DNA from: Felis catus
Taxonomy: Eukaryota
Reading direction: 5' to 3'
DNA: 64,000 bases
NCBI RefSeq assembly: GCF_018350175.1
Contig: NC_058368.1
Span: forward strand, 80,478,001-80,542,000
The translations under genes were made by a program, and so were the position numbers. Below the pieces are notes generated by a model. The model was not told the DNA's origin. It did not search any database and saw only the letters and a program-made list of their open reading frames with translations. Position 1 is the stretch's first letter. The number at the start of each line of letters is the position of its first letter. Shown one piece after another: positions 25,688 through 38,243 of this stretch.

Positions 25688-28600
25688 CTGTTCTGCTAAT
25701 TTATAAGAGCCTTTTATATTTAAGAATACTGACTCTGTCATGTTACAGGGTTGTCTTCGCTATTTTAATGTCTCCCTTTCCTTGGCCAGACTTGTCTGCT
25801 TTATGCAGTCAAGTCTGACCACGTATTTTTCTTCATAGTTGCTGTCCTTGGAGTTGTGCTAAGAAAAGAATGCTGAGATTATGACAATATCCCTGTGCTA
25901 GCGATCGACTTAATTGTGCTTCTGCTGTGGCGTCCACTCTGTCACAGTGGGTGGGACGTCCTGACGGGTTTTCGGTTGCCATAGACGCAGCGCCCAGCTT
26001 CAGGAGTCGGGGCTGCTGTAGGGCACGTGACAAGGGACACCGCCCGTCCTGGTCTGGGAGGGCCCTGTTTGTTCCTTCACCCTTGCTCTGCGGGGTCTGT
26101 GGCGGTAGGACGATGGGCACACGCAGAGGGACAGGCCGGCCTCGCAGCTCCTCCCAGACCCCTGCGGACCATCTTTCCTGCCGCCCTGCACCTGGGGCCG
26201 ACTGGTTGGGCACCTTCTCAGGGACAGGCCCTTCTGAGTCTGAGGATACCCTCCCTTAGCCCCGGGGTCCCCTTCACTGCTCTCTCTCCACCTTCACCCT
26301 TGCTCCCCGACCACATGGACTGTTGTAGTTCAAGTTCCTCTGTTTAAATGACTGGCTGGACCCAGGCTGGCACCGTTGCCTCCTGTGTTCTCCCAGGCTT
26401 TGTGGTGCTGATATCCTTGATATTTACATCTTGAACCCATCCTGGGTGGCATGTGTTAAAGCTCTGACTTCGTGCTTTCCCAGGGAGCTCGTGCACTGTC
26501 CCCAAACCTCCCATGTGGCTCTGCATTGACCGTCTGTCGTGTGCACCACACATCACGACTCTCAGGATTTCTGGGCACCCCACTCCGTTCCGCTGAGGTT
26601 CTGTCTGTTCCTGAGCCACAAGTCTAGAGCCGGGAGCTTCATAACACACCGCTTGCCAGACCCCCTCTCATGTCTGTGTTCCGAGAGGACATCTCAACAA
26701 CCACCATCCACTCCCTTTCTCCCCAACATAGATGATCTCGGTCCACAACAACGTTTAAAGATAGCAATACAAAGACCGACGTCCTGGAAAACTAAAAATT
26801 CTAACTTCCCAGGAGCAGAAAGGAATAAATAAAGGTGCGTGACGGTTGGGGATTATCCCCAAGAACCTGCTGTATGAAACCCGACGTGTTGTGCACCTTC
26901 CCAAGCCACGGCTCTTGCACCCAAAACACACATGACGACTACTTATTTTAATTTGCAGAATTAACGTCCCAAATGCAGCTTCAAACCAGGAAATGATGCA
27001 CCGAGACTGGTTTGGAACAACAGGAGCAGCCCCCTCCGCTCTGCAGAGAACGGGACAGGGCAAAGCGGCAGAAGCCCCATCGTGGAATCGCACGTGGGAG
27101 CCTCACTCTCACCCTCACCCTCCTCCAGAGGCCTGTTATCGTCCTTCTCTCCTCCTTCACTGGTTACTCAGAAGACGTGGGGTCTTTCCCTCCCGGCCAG
27201 GGCTAACCGGCCCTCCCCGCGCTCTTGACCTCAGGCTGCCACCTATGGGGGGTGGACCCTGGGCATATATATCCTGCGGGTTCTGTTTCTCTGGGGAATC
27301 CCGATGGGTCCATAGGCCGTGAGGTTATGTTTCTTCAAAGTTCATCCTGTTAGACAACAGTAAGGTTTGGACACTCATTTTTCAGGCTCAATTAGACTTT
27401 CATTTTTTGGTGGGAGTATAAGGGAAAAAACCACATCACCTCTAAGTTAATATTTAAATGTGTTCATTTTATTTGGCACTCCTTGAATAAAGAGATTCTT
27501 CTTTATAGAAAATAGTGATTCTATTTTATTTTTCCTCCTAGTGGCGGGGTGAGTGGATGTCCCCTCAGGCGGTCTTGGCTTCTCAGTTCCGGCTCCATTT
27601 CCCCTTGTGGTGTTTGGCTCCTTTGAACAAACGCCTGTGCTTCTGCAGTCTTTGCTTGAGAGTGTTGTCTGTTTGGAAAGAGGAGATTTTCTTGAGAAAT
27701 CCTCTGTGTTCCTAGGAAGCTGGTTTCACACCCTCCTGTGGTTCGCTCACACAGGTGTGTACTGGGCCGAGCCCTGGGCTGAGAGACTGAGGGGCACCTG
27801 ACCTACCACAAGAGACTTCCTCGAGGTCGTCCCAGGTGTGGCCCTCCCCCAGGTCCAGGGCGGTGGGAATGTGTGTGGGCATCTCAGTCTGCCCCCGGCA
27901 CCCCCGTGGGGCAGGTGCTCTGAGCACCCCACTTAAGAGAACAAAGAAGCTGAGGCTTAGGATGTGCTGTCCCCTGCCCTGGGTCACCCCAAGTCGACAC
28001 AGCTTTTTGGGAGTCAGTTGGGGATCTGAACCCAGATCAGGCCGACTCCAAATCCTGCACTCTGAGCCGCTGCCCAGCCCGTGGCAGGGAGCCTGACCCT
28101 ATGTGCACTGAGTGTGCACATAGATGAGCCACTCAGTGAGGGGGACTGTCCTCAGTTTCCCAAAGGAGCCATGAGAGGAGAGAGTCCGGGTGGGGGGAAT
28201 GGGCTTGCAGGGATGCAGAGGACAGCAGGGGGCAAGCCGGAGCCCCGAGAGGTCAGGGCGAACTCGGAGGCACTGTTTGCAGGAGGGAGAGGGGGAAGGT
28301 GTGGGTTTGGGTGAGGGTGGCAGTGGGCCAGGTGGGGAGAGCCCTGGCAGGATCTTGGGGAGCCCAGGCCAGGATGCAGAGAGGGGAGGAGCTGTGGGGA
28401 GGCGGTCGCGGAGGTAGGACCAGGTGGGGGCCAGGCCGCACCCTTTAATGCCTCACTGCCACGGCCTTCTGCCTCCAAACCCGGTGAGGGCTCCTCTGGG
28501 CACTACTGGGCTGGGCTGGGGGTGTCCCCTCCCCTCGGGGGCACCCCCTGTGGACGCAGTCCTGTGATGTCAGGTTCTGGGAGGTCAAGGACCTCGGTCC

Positions 28601-31600
28601 CTCCCGTGCACGCACTGTTGGGCCCCCAGCCCTGGCACCAGAGGAGTGCCCGCCGCCCATCCCCCAGACAGGCAGGCCCAGGGCCAACGTGCAGGAGCCA
28701 CAGCAGGTGGAAAGGTCCTGCCTCAGACACTGGAGCCATAGGGACGTTCCTGTTCTCACGACAGAACTCTCAGGGCCCGGGGACTGGGGATTTGGCAAAA
28801 TCTCCCTGACATCTGACTAAAGCAGCAGAAAGTGGCTGGATGTCAGTACCGGTCGGTAAGTTTGTGGCAGGCGGGGCAACCGCTCACCCCCCTTTCAACC
28901 CCCGACTGCACTGGGCTGTCCCACTGGGAGGAAGTGCAGACCGTGGGGCCTGCGATTTCAGGGTCCCAGGGCTGGCTCTGGCCCCGCACAGTCAGAGTGG
29001 CTCCTGGCTGCTTGGTGGCCAGTCACACAATGCAAGGTCTCTAGTGACCCATCTGTGGTTCCACCCTGCTGGGCATTTAAACAAAGGACAAAATAGCAGG
29101 CTGGCCGCAAGAGGATGACGGGGGTGGGGGGGGAAGGGGGGGTGGGGGGGTTTGAAGGAGCGGCTGACCACAAGACGCCGGACCCAGAAGTGTCCCAGCA
29201 GGCTGGAGCGGAGGGCGATCTAACCTTCCCCTGGAATGTGGGTGCCTCGAGGGCAGGGGTCCGTGTCCACGGTGCTCAGTCCCCAGAACTGGGAAGGGTG
29301 TGGGCCCGTGGTAGGTGTCCAGTGAGCACTGATGGAGGCGAATGAAGGTGGCCAGGTGTAAGTGTTTGGTCCTGCACTTGGCTCTATGAGGACCCAACTA
29401 ATGGGGCTGCACCGAGGCCCGTTTACAAGCCCCCGGAAGTCTTAGCTAACACTAGCTTGAAATGTGGGCGTGATGCGCCCCCAAACCCGGCGGTCTCAGG
29501 GTGCGTGGACCAGTGTGTGGTAGAAAGAACGCAGGAAGTGCTGATTCGAACCGTCTACGGGACTACAGAGTCTACCTGGGAGAGGCTGGGAGGCCAGGAG
29601 GAGGACTGGCCTGGAGAAGAGGCTCAGGAGTGTTCTGGAAAGTTCCAGGAAGAAGCATGGGGCCGGGGCAGAAGCCACCAGGGGAAATTCGTGGACCAAC
29701 TTCAGCGATTAGGAAGTTGTCTGAAAGGGCAGGGGTGGGAGGAGCAGGAGGGCGGAGGGCGGGGGCGCTCAAAGGTGTGGGACTCCCCGGGTGGGAGGCT
29801 TGGGGACCTTGTGGGCCTGGTCCTGTGGTATGTGGTGGTGGGCCCACAGGTCCCAGGGACAGCTGAGAAGGGAGGGGACACCCACACGTGGCCCAGGACT
29901 CGTGGAATTTGGACTCAGTGGGCCAGGAGTCCCGCACTGACAACACAAGAAACCCGTGGAGGTCCCTGCCAGTCTGCCCAGGGACTGAGTCACCTGCCCC
30001 TCCAGAGAGCTGTCCCCTGGAGCAGACGGTTTACTTCTCTCCACGGCGGGGGCAGGAGCAGCCATCCTCCACACTTATCTGTCACCAAGATGGCCCCAAG
30101 TTCCGTTTACCTAAAGCTCTTCGAAGGCTGTCAATGATTTTTTCCAGAACTGATTGGCTTTTAATCTGATAAAGTGTCTCTTTCTCCTCTTCTGTGGGAA
30201 AAATTAAGCACAATGATCAAGATTTAACACACAACTGTGGCCTAATTCCAAACTCCTGTTTTTCCTTTCAACCAGGCTGTCTGGAGCTCAGCTGGGGCTC
30301 TGGGCCTGTCCCCTGCACTGCCTCCTCAGGGCCCGTGGCCCCGTGGTTTGTGGCCCTGCATGGACCTTTCATTCCCTCCCGTCAGCTCAGAAAGGGGCCG
30401 GGATGGTCAACACACACACTCCGTCTGTTGGTCAACCAGCTCACAATGGGGCTGCATGTGCCGCTTTCCTTTACCATCCCCCATGCCGTGCAATGTCTCT
30501 TAGCAGGTGACAGGTGTCATCACGAAGTCAAACATAAGACTGTGCTACAGAAGATCAGCCATTGGGAAGAGGAGAAATTCCACCGGCAGTCCCACCATGG
30601 CGCTTAGTGGGAGAGAAGGGCTCCAGCCCAGGAAGGAGAGCCCGTCAGTTTCCAAGAGGTGCCCTGCCGCGGCGGCCAGAATTTCACATTAGAGATTCAT
30701 TCCTTGGAGCCTACTTTAAACCCTCTTTGCCGCGCTGTCCCCAGGTGTGGCGTAGGAGGACGACGTTGTAGTGTCTATACTTTTTTGTCTCTGGGGCAGT
30801 CGGTGGTGGAGCTCAGCGTAGCCCTAAGCAATGAGTCCTCAACACGTGGGGTTACTTGACTGCCCTGCTGAGAGCCCGCCCATGTGCCCGCCGGGGGCGG
30901 GGGCTGGAGCTCCGGGAAATGCCCGCCTGTGGCCACAGGCCCAGGATGCACACCTGCTCCCAGAGGGGCCTGTGTGTTGCGTGGGCTCGGAGAGAAGGGA
31001 CGCCGGGGGGTGCCCAGCTACGCTGAGCCGCAGGGGCCCCAAAAGTTTCCTGGGAGCGGGTATCGGACCATCTTTGATCTGCACGGTCATTTCTAGTGGC
31101 TCAGCCTAAGACCCTAGTCCTCAGGGAGGTGTTCTGATAGGACACTGTCACGCATGCTCCTGGAGGGGCCACCCCATTGTGGCAGGGCCCCACTGAGGCT
31201 CATGGAGACCACCTGCCATGTGTCCCACTGTGGGAGTTACAAGGCATGTCCCCATCTTCCCGCATGGGACCCTCCACCTGCTCCCCGCTGAGACAGCAGG
31301 GTGAAGGAGACCACAACCGCAGGCCAGCTGGGGCAGGTGGGGCAGAACCCGGGCTGTCCCAGGTCCCCCTCCTTTTCCAGCTCCTTGCGTCCCAGTGATG
31401 CCCCTGGGCAGAGGGGTTGGGGGCACAGCGACCTTGCGTAGCCCATCTATGCAGGTGCTGTTGCTGTGATTTGAAAGGAGACTTTCAGAGTCCCCACTCT
31501 CTCTGGCTTCCCAGCATGAGTGGTGGGGCTCCCCTCTCGCCCACCGTCACCCCCACTCCCAGCCTTCCCTGCTGGGGGCCCTGGTGCCCCTATGCTTCCC

Positions 31601-32604
31601 TCTCCTTCATTCCCTCTGTCCCATTGGTTGCCAACATCTTAAGAAACTTTCATACAGGGAGGAAGAGAAATCAGATGGATTCTGATGTTTGTAACATGTG
31701 GGTATTCTAAGTGGGGACCCAGAGCAGGAGCCCTGCCTGGGCCCGAGGGTGCTGTGGCTCCCGGGCGGGCAGGTGGCCCTTCGTCTTGCTCCTGGGCCAT
31801 GGGGTGGACTCTGGGCGTGCAGCCAAAGGGCCCCCGAGGCTGGTTCGTTTCCTGGGAGGCGTGGTAGCTGCAAATTTTCAAACCACCTGCCAAGTGTGGC
31901 TGGTGGACCTGAGAGTCAGCCCCACCTGACCTGGGCTCCGGCCCAGCCCTCTGCCCAAAGGGCCGGAGCTCCACCATTAGAGATCCATTCCTTTGAAAGA
32001 TTCCCCTTGCCAAACTTTGCCTGCTCAAACACTAATAAGCGGCAACAGAACAGCCCCCTGACATGTTGGGGCCAATGGCAGCCATCCTAGGCCGTCGTGG
32101 GACACACCACTGACCTGACAATCAGACTCAGAATGACCCCGTGTGTTCCTTATTCCCCGGGGAGGAGACAACTGAAGTACCTAAGTGTCCCAGTGAGGTC
32201 GTTGGTTGAAAGGGGAAAAGTGAAGAGGAGGGCCCCAAGGAAAGGAGGGCACACGCACGGAAAAGGACGTTAAGGCAGTTGATGTTATCCCAGAGCTGAT
32301 GACAGATTTCAGGAGGTGGGCACGGCCCAGGACAGGCAGCCTGAGCCCGAACAGGCCGCCGCCTCCACCTGGTCCACCTCCACTGTCGTGCGCTGGGACA
32401 GGGGCTGCCTAACCTTCCGGGTCAGCTTTCCCAGATCAAGCAGATGGCTCAGGCCTGAGGACAGAGGAGCTCGAGGTGAGGCGGTAAGGGTCAGGTGGGA
32501 GGTCACCGGGGAGGAAGGGTCACTTTATCCTGCCTCAGGCTGCATTTCTGTTAGCATTTTCTCGTGGCTGGAAGGTCTGCATTTCATGGAATTTAAAAAA
32601 AAAA

Positions 32605-32819
32605 ATTTTTTTTTCCAACGTTTTATTTATTTTTGGGACAGAGAGAGACAGAGCATGAATGGGCAAGGGGCAGAGAGAGAGGGAGACACAGAATCGGAAA
32701 CAGGCTCCAGGCTCTGAGCCATCAGCCCAGAGCCCGACGCGGGGCTCGAACCCACGGACCGCGAGATCGTGACCTGGCTGAAGTCGGACGCTTAACCGAC
32801 TGCGCCACCCAGGCGCCCC
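32605..32819 (-). mobile_element. Can-SINE, young subfamily
   Basis: Near-identical to the 24447 and 37708 copies; TSD catggaatttaaaaaaa. Confidence 0.95.
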
Positions 32820-33389
32820 ACATGGAATTTAAAAAAACAAAAACGCTACATGGGAATTCTGGCGGCCTCTTGCTAGCGTGAGCCCCCCACTCAACCCAAA
32901 CCTCTGCACGAAGTCACACGGGAGCCACCTGAGGCTCCTGGAAAGAGATCACACGCAGGAGGCTGTGGAGGTGTGGATTTCATGCGTCTGTGTTTGTTGC
33001 CTTCCTGGCTTCGACCCGGGTGTCAGCCCAGTGCGCTGCGACGCAGTGGCAAGGGCCCCGGAACTCTGATAGAAACTCCATGTTTCTGGCCTCAGGGAGA
33101 GGAACCCCTGGGAGCAGAGCGTGCATGAGGGGGCTCGGGAAGGGAGAACGCCGGAAAGACGGCTTTCCTGATTCGGGGTGTGAAACCCCACCCGTCTCAG
33201 CCTCCCCCTTGAGCTGGTGGATACACGGGACCCTCAAACCAGCAGAGAAGAGACAGACTCAAACCACCACTCCCAAATGGCAAGATCAAGTACACTGTGG
33301 AAGCCTAACCAGGTGGGATGGCTTGCTAAAATAAGAACATTAATGTTCTCCAGAGGGTTCAATCGAAAACAGCCTAATACTTACAATGC

Positions 33390-34770
33390 CAGGAATAAAC
33401 ACACCATAATTCAATGTATAGAGAATCAGAAAAATATCACCAAATTTCAAGGGAAAATGTAATTGACAATACCAGCTTCTAGATGACTCAGATGTAGAAT
33501 TATAGGCAAAGACTTTAAAGCAGCTATTATAAACATGCTCCATGAGGTATAGAAAAGCACTAGAAGTGAGTGAAAAGATATTCTCTGAGAATAGCAAGGA
33601 AATAACTATGGTAAAGAATCGAAGGAGAATTACAGAGCTAAGATATACAACACCTGAAATGAAAATTTTACTGATGGGCTCAACAGTAGACAGAGATACT
33701 GTGGAGGAGCGAGAGAGAGAAGTTATACAAATGGAAATGCAAAGGAAAATATGTAAAAAATGAAAAGAGTCTCAAAGACCCACGGGACAACATCACAAGG
33801 TATAATGCATGTGTGTAATTTGAGTCCTGGAAGAATAAGAGAAAAATTTTGGAGCAGAAAAAATATTTAAAGAAAAATATCCAAATAGTCATATAGATAT
33901 TTAAATTTTTTAATTTTTTTTAACGTTTATTTATTTTGGGGACAGAGAGAGACAGAGCATGAACAGGGGAGGGGCAGAGAGAGAGGGAGACACAGAATCG
34001 GAAATAGGCTCCAGACTCTGAGCTATCAGCCCAGAGCCCGACGCAGGGCTCGAACTCATGGACCGCGAGATCGTGACCTGAGCTGAAGTTGGACACTTAA
34101 CCCACTGAGCCACCCAGGCGCCCCTAAATTTTTTAATTTATCAGAAACTTTTCCAAAAGATGCAAAGTAATGGTTTTACTGGTGAATTCTATCAAACATA
34201 CAAGGAAGAAATGATACCCACCTTACTCAAACTTTTACAGGAAATAAGAGGCATTACTGCCTGACTCATTAAATGGGGTTAGCTTAACTTTAACCAGAAT
34301 TTGACAGTAATGTTACAAAAAAATAAATGAAAAAATTACAAACCAATATTTCTTATGAACATAGATGCAAAACCCTTAGCGATATGTGGACATAGGTGAA
34401 AAATACTGAGCAAAAATTTGCAAGTTAAGTAGCACAAAACTGAAAAGGATAATACGTCATGACCAAGTGGGTCTTATCCCAGGAATGCAAGGTTGGTTTA
34501 GCATCTAAAAATCAATGTAATTCACTGTTGTAACATAATAAAGAAAAAGAAGTGTCCAATCATTTAAATACATGCAGAAAAAGCGTTGGACAAAAGCCAT
34601 AATAAAACCCCTCAGCAAAATAAGAAGTGAGAAACTTTCTCAGGCAGATGAAGTGCATTTACGAGAAACCTACAGCCAACTTCATTCTTAATGAGAAAGG
34701 ACTGAACTGCTTCCTACTGAGGCCTGGAAGGTGAAGGCGCTCCCTTTCTCCACTTCTATTTAAGACCTTA
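33390..34770 (+). mobile_element. Degenerate L1 (ORF1 and ORF2 remnants), interrupted by a SINE
   Basis: ORF1-like coiled-coil region at 33.5-33.9 kb; ORF2 motifs [32 protein letters not shown] at 34.17-34.5 kb. Confidence 0.85.
33914..34124 (-). mobile_element. Can-SINE inserted in L1
   Basis: Full body; TSD taaattttttaattt. Confidence 0.95.
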
Positions 34771-35682
34771 CTCCTATAGTATCGGTGTGAGTCAGGGGTC
34801 CAAGACAGTTTCTAGTTCATTTCCGCGTGGCCCCCAGCAGAAGCCGGTCATCACATACACACCTCCACCTGCCCCCAGAGCAAGCGCTTGCTCTGGTCAC
34901 CTGTCCCGCTCCCTGTCCCAGGTGAGCCCTGTGGAAAAGAGCTGAAGAACAGAATTAAGATCCTGAGTCTGGGGCCCAGCTACGCAAAACTGACCTACAG
35001 CCCACACTTGGCCTTTAAGAATTAGTAAAACATTGGCTGATTTCTTCTTAGCCACTTGCATGGTGGCCACCTGTCTTTCCCATGCTCCGTCAAAGCTGAC
35101 ACGGACCTGTGTCCCGTCCCTCCATGGCGATGCTCATCCCTTGTGGGAATTCAGCCCACCAGGTCGCCTTTTGACTTCGGCTCTCTGCTGGGCTCAAGAG
35201 AAGTCGTGGTTTTGTTGGTTATTTGCCTTTTTGTCATTGTTAGGGTGCGAACAATGTTCTTGGCAGCTTTCTTCCTAAATAGAAAAGTCCTAATGTGTGC
35301 TTATTCTATACTTTGAGGTTGTTCTGTTACGTGCTATTTTTAGTGTGTGTGTCTCCTCACGTTCAGCAGGTGAACCGGAGGCTCACCTCTGGGAGGGCAG
35401 TGGGCTAAGAACATCACGTGCAGCCCGGTGGAGGGTATGTTCCTTTGCTTCTACCAAGCGTCTCAGCAGTGTCAATGCCAGAGCATAAAACTATGTTTCT
35501 CAGCCTGATGTGCGGAAAGGACTGATTCAAACCATAACCCCCCATGAGCCTGTGTTTATAAATTTTCAGGCAATGTCAATAGGCAGTTGACTAACTGGAG
35601 GAAGATATATATTAGTGACATACATCGCAGACAAAAGACTAATATCCTTAACATATAAAGAATTCTTAAAAACTAAGATATA

Positions 35683-35872
35683 GGGGCACCTGGGTGGCTC
35701 AGTTGGTTAGGGTCCAACTTCGACTCAGGTCATGATCTCACAGTTTGTGAGTTTGAGCCCCGTGTTGGGCTTTGTGCTGACAGTGTGGAACCTGCTTGGG
35801 ATTCTCTCTCTCCCTCTCTCTCTGCCCCTCCTCTGCTCTTTCTCTCTCAAAAATAAATAAACAGTTAAAAAA
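35683..35872 (+). mobile_element. Can-SINE
   Basis: ggggcacctgggtggctcag head; AATAAA tail. Confidence 0.92.
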
Positions 35873-35941
35873 TTAAGGTATAGAAAAATGAGAAAAAGGT
35901 ATGAACAGATCACAAAAATACATTAAAATGACCCATAAACA

Positions 35942-36142
35942 GGGGCACCTGGGCTCAGTTGGTTAAGCATTGGACTTTGGCTCAGGTCACGATCTCGTGG
36001 TCTGGGGTTTAAGCCCCACATCAGACCCTGTGTTAACAACTCAAAGCCTGGAGCCTGCTTTGGATTCTGTGTCTCCCTCTTTCTCTGTTCCTCCCCTACT
36101 CACGCTGTCTCTCTCTCTCTCAAAAATAAATAAATATTTTTT
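35942..36142 (+). mobile_element. Can-SINE
   Basis: SINE body; TSD aaaatgacccataaaca. Confidence 0.92.
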
Positions 36143-37707
36143 AAAAATGACCCATAAACATTTGAGAAGCTGTTCCAACTCATTTATCTGATCGTCAAAG
36201 TTGTAAAAGTAGGAAGACTTACTGTCACCAAGGCTGCAGGGGAACAGGCCCTCACACACACCGCCGGTGGGAGCACAAACGGGCACAGCCTCCTGTGGGT
36301 TATTGGTGGTTCAAATGTGACCACATACACACTCCTGATTTCACTCAGCAGACCATGTGTAGACGTCTACCCTGAAGATGCACATCCAACAACATGAAAA
36401 GACATGTGTGAAGCGTACCCACTGCAGCACTGTTGGAGAAGTGTTGGAAACAACCTGAAAGCCCACGGGCAGGAGAGCGGTTGGATAAGCTGTACTCTGT
36501 CCACACGATGCAGATCTAGACAAGTGTAAAAACCAGGAGCGAGGAAGCTTCTGTAAACAGACGTGGAATAATTTATAGCACAGATTGTTAGGTTAAGAGA
36601 GGGAAGCGCCAGATATCCATACTGTGCTACCTTTCACGCACAGAAAAAGAGTTATAAGAAAATACACACGATCAGACCTCAGTGAAGTGGCTTAAAACAT
36701 TTAAGAAGACATACGATATAAAACAGTAAACTGAGTAATCTTGTACCAGAAAAGGGTCATATACATGTACCTGCTCATTTGTGCCCAAGGAAGCATGGGA
36801 AGGATAAGGCAGGATGATGAGGCTGGTCCCTCTGGGACGTGAGGCAGCGGGTGGACAGAAGCAGGGTGGCACCAATGTTAGGGGCACAGCGGAAGTGGAA
36901 TTCTTAGATGCAAGACTTTTTGTGTTAGAATCATGGCTATATACTTCAAAAGAAGGAAGTGACATCAACCACAATGAAAAGGGACCCAAAGCAGAATAGT
37001 ACAAGTCAGTAACTAGGAGGGCGGGAAGAAAAGAGCCTGACGAGGAAGTTGGAAGGAAGTACCTGACGACATATTCTAAGGCTTAACATGAAAGGCGGTA
37101 TACAAATCTTGCCTGCTAGTTAGTAAATCTGTTTTTCGCAGGGTGGGGCTACACCAGCAATTCTTGGGCTACCTCTGTGTTTTCTGGGACTGAGCAAATG
37201 CGTGGACTCTGGTGGGGCAGGATGCCCAGGATTCTCACAGACAAAAGGAAGGAGGTAGGATGAGCCTCATGGGCAGGTCTGGGACCAGTGGAATGAGTCT
37301 GAATTCAGGATGCCCAACATCTGAGCAGATAGGTGTGGAAACACAGATATGTGCCCACACACATCTGTCTTGGCTCTGTCCACCGGGGGGGCCTGGAAAC
37401 AACACCCCACCAGAGCAGCAAACACATCCAACCCTGACTTTGGCTTCTAACTACCCCTCTCCAGCATGGGGGAGCAGGGTTCTGTGCAGACCTGGCTGCT
37501 CCCAGGGCTGGGGCAGGGAAATTGTGCAAAAGCAATGCTTTTTGCCAATGCAAAAGCAATTTCCAAATAAGAAAACCAAAGAAACAAAATGCACAATAGT
37601 AGTGGTTTGTAACCCATTGAATAAAGTAAAGACCAGTATGTTACACGGATCTAAACATAATGGAATCAACAAGTAGATAAAGTCCTTTTAAGAAAGTACA
37701 GCTCTTC

Positions 37708-37922
37708 GGGGCGCCTGGGTGGCGCAGTCGGTTAAGCGTCCGACTTCAGCCAGGTCACGATCTCGCGGTCCGTGAGTTCGAGCCCTGCGTCAGGCTTTGG
37801 GCTGATGGCTCAGAGCCTGGAGCCTGTTTCCGATTCTGTGTCTCCCTCTCTCTCTGCCCCTCCCCCGTTCATGCTCTGTCTCTCTCTGTCCCAAAAATAA
37901 ATAAACATTGAAAAAAAAAAAA
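37708..37922 (+). mobile_element. Can-SINE, young subfamily
   Basis: Perfect 18-bp TSD aagaaagtacagctcttc (37690-37707, 37923-37940); intact CpGs. Confidence 0.96.
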
Positions 37923-38032
37923 AAGAAAGTACAGCTCTTCCTTGCAAATGTAGAAGGAATGGTAGAACTAGAAAATCACCTTTTGGCAAATACTATAGTC
38001 ATAATTCTTGCAGTTAAGAGGTGATGGATGCT

Positions 38033-38243
38033 GGGGCGCCTGGGGGGCTCAGTCGGTTCAATGGCTGCCTCTTGATTTTGGCTCATGTCATGATCTCATG
38101 TTTCATGGGATTGAGCCCCATGTTGGGCTCTGCTCTGAGGATGGAACCTGTTTGGGATTCTCTCTCTCTCTCCCTCCCCCGTCCACACACATACATGCAT
38201 GAGTGTGTGCTCTCTCTCAAAATAAATAAACAATTTTTAAAAA
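38033..38243 (+). mobile_element. Can-SINE, older
   Basis: Diverged SINE body; flanking atggatgct duplication. Confidence 0.88.

Larger units (their letters stand above)
35580..36700 (+). mobile_element. Old L1 3' region interrupted by two SINEs
   Basis: acaaaagactaatatccttaacatataaagaattctt...actgcagcactgtt...ggaaacaacctgaaagccc. Confidence 0.65.

Noticed and set aside
29457..30137. 226-aa plus-strand ORF
   Set aside because: Non-ATG start, low-complexity G/W/Q-rich translation, no recognisable domain or exon structure.
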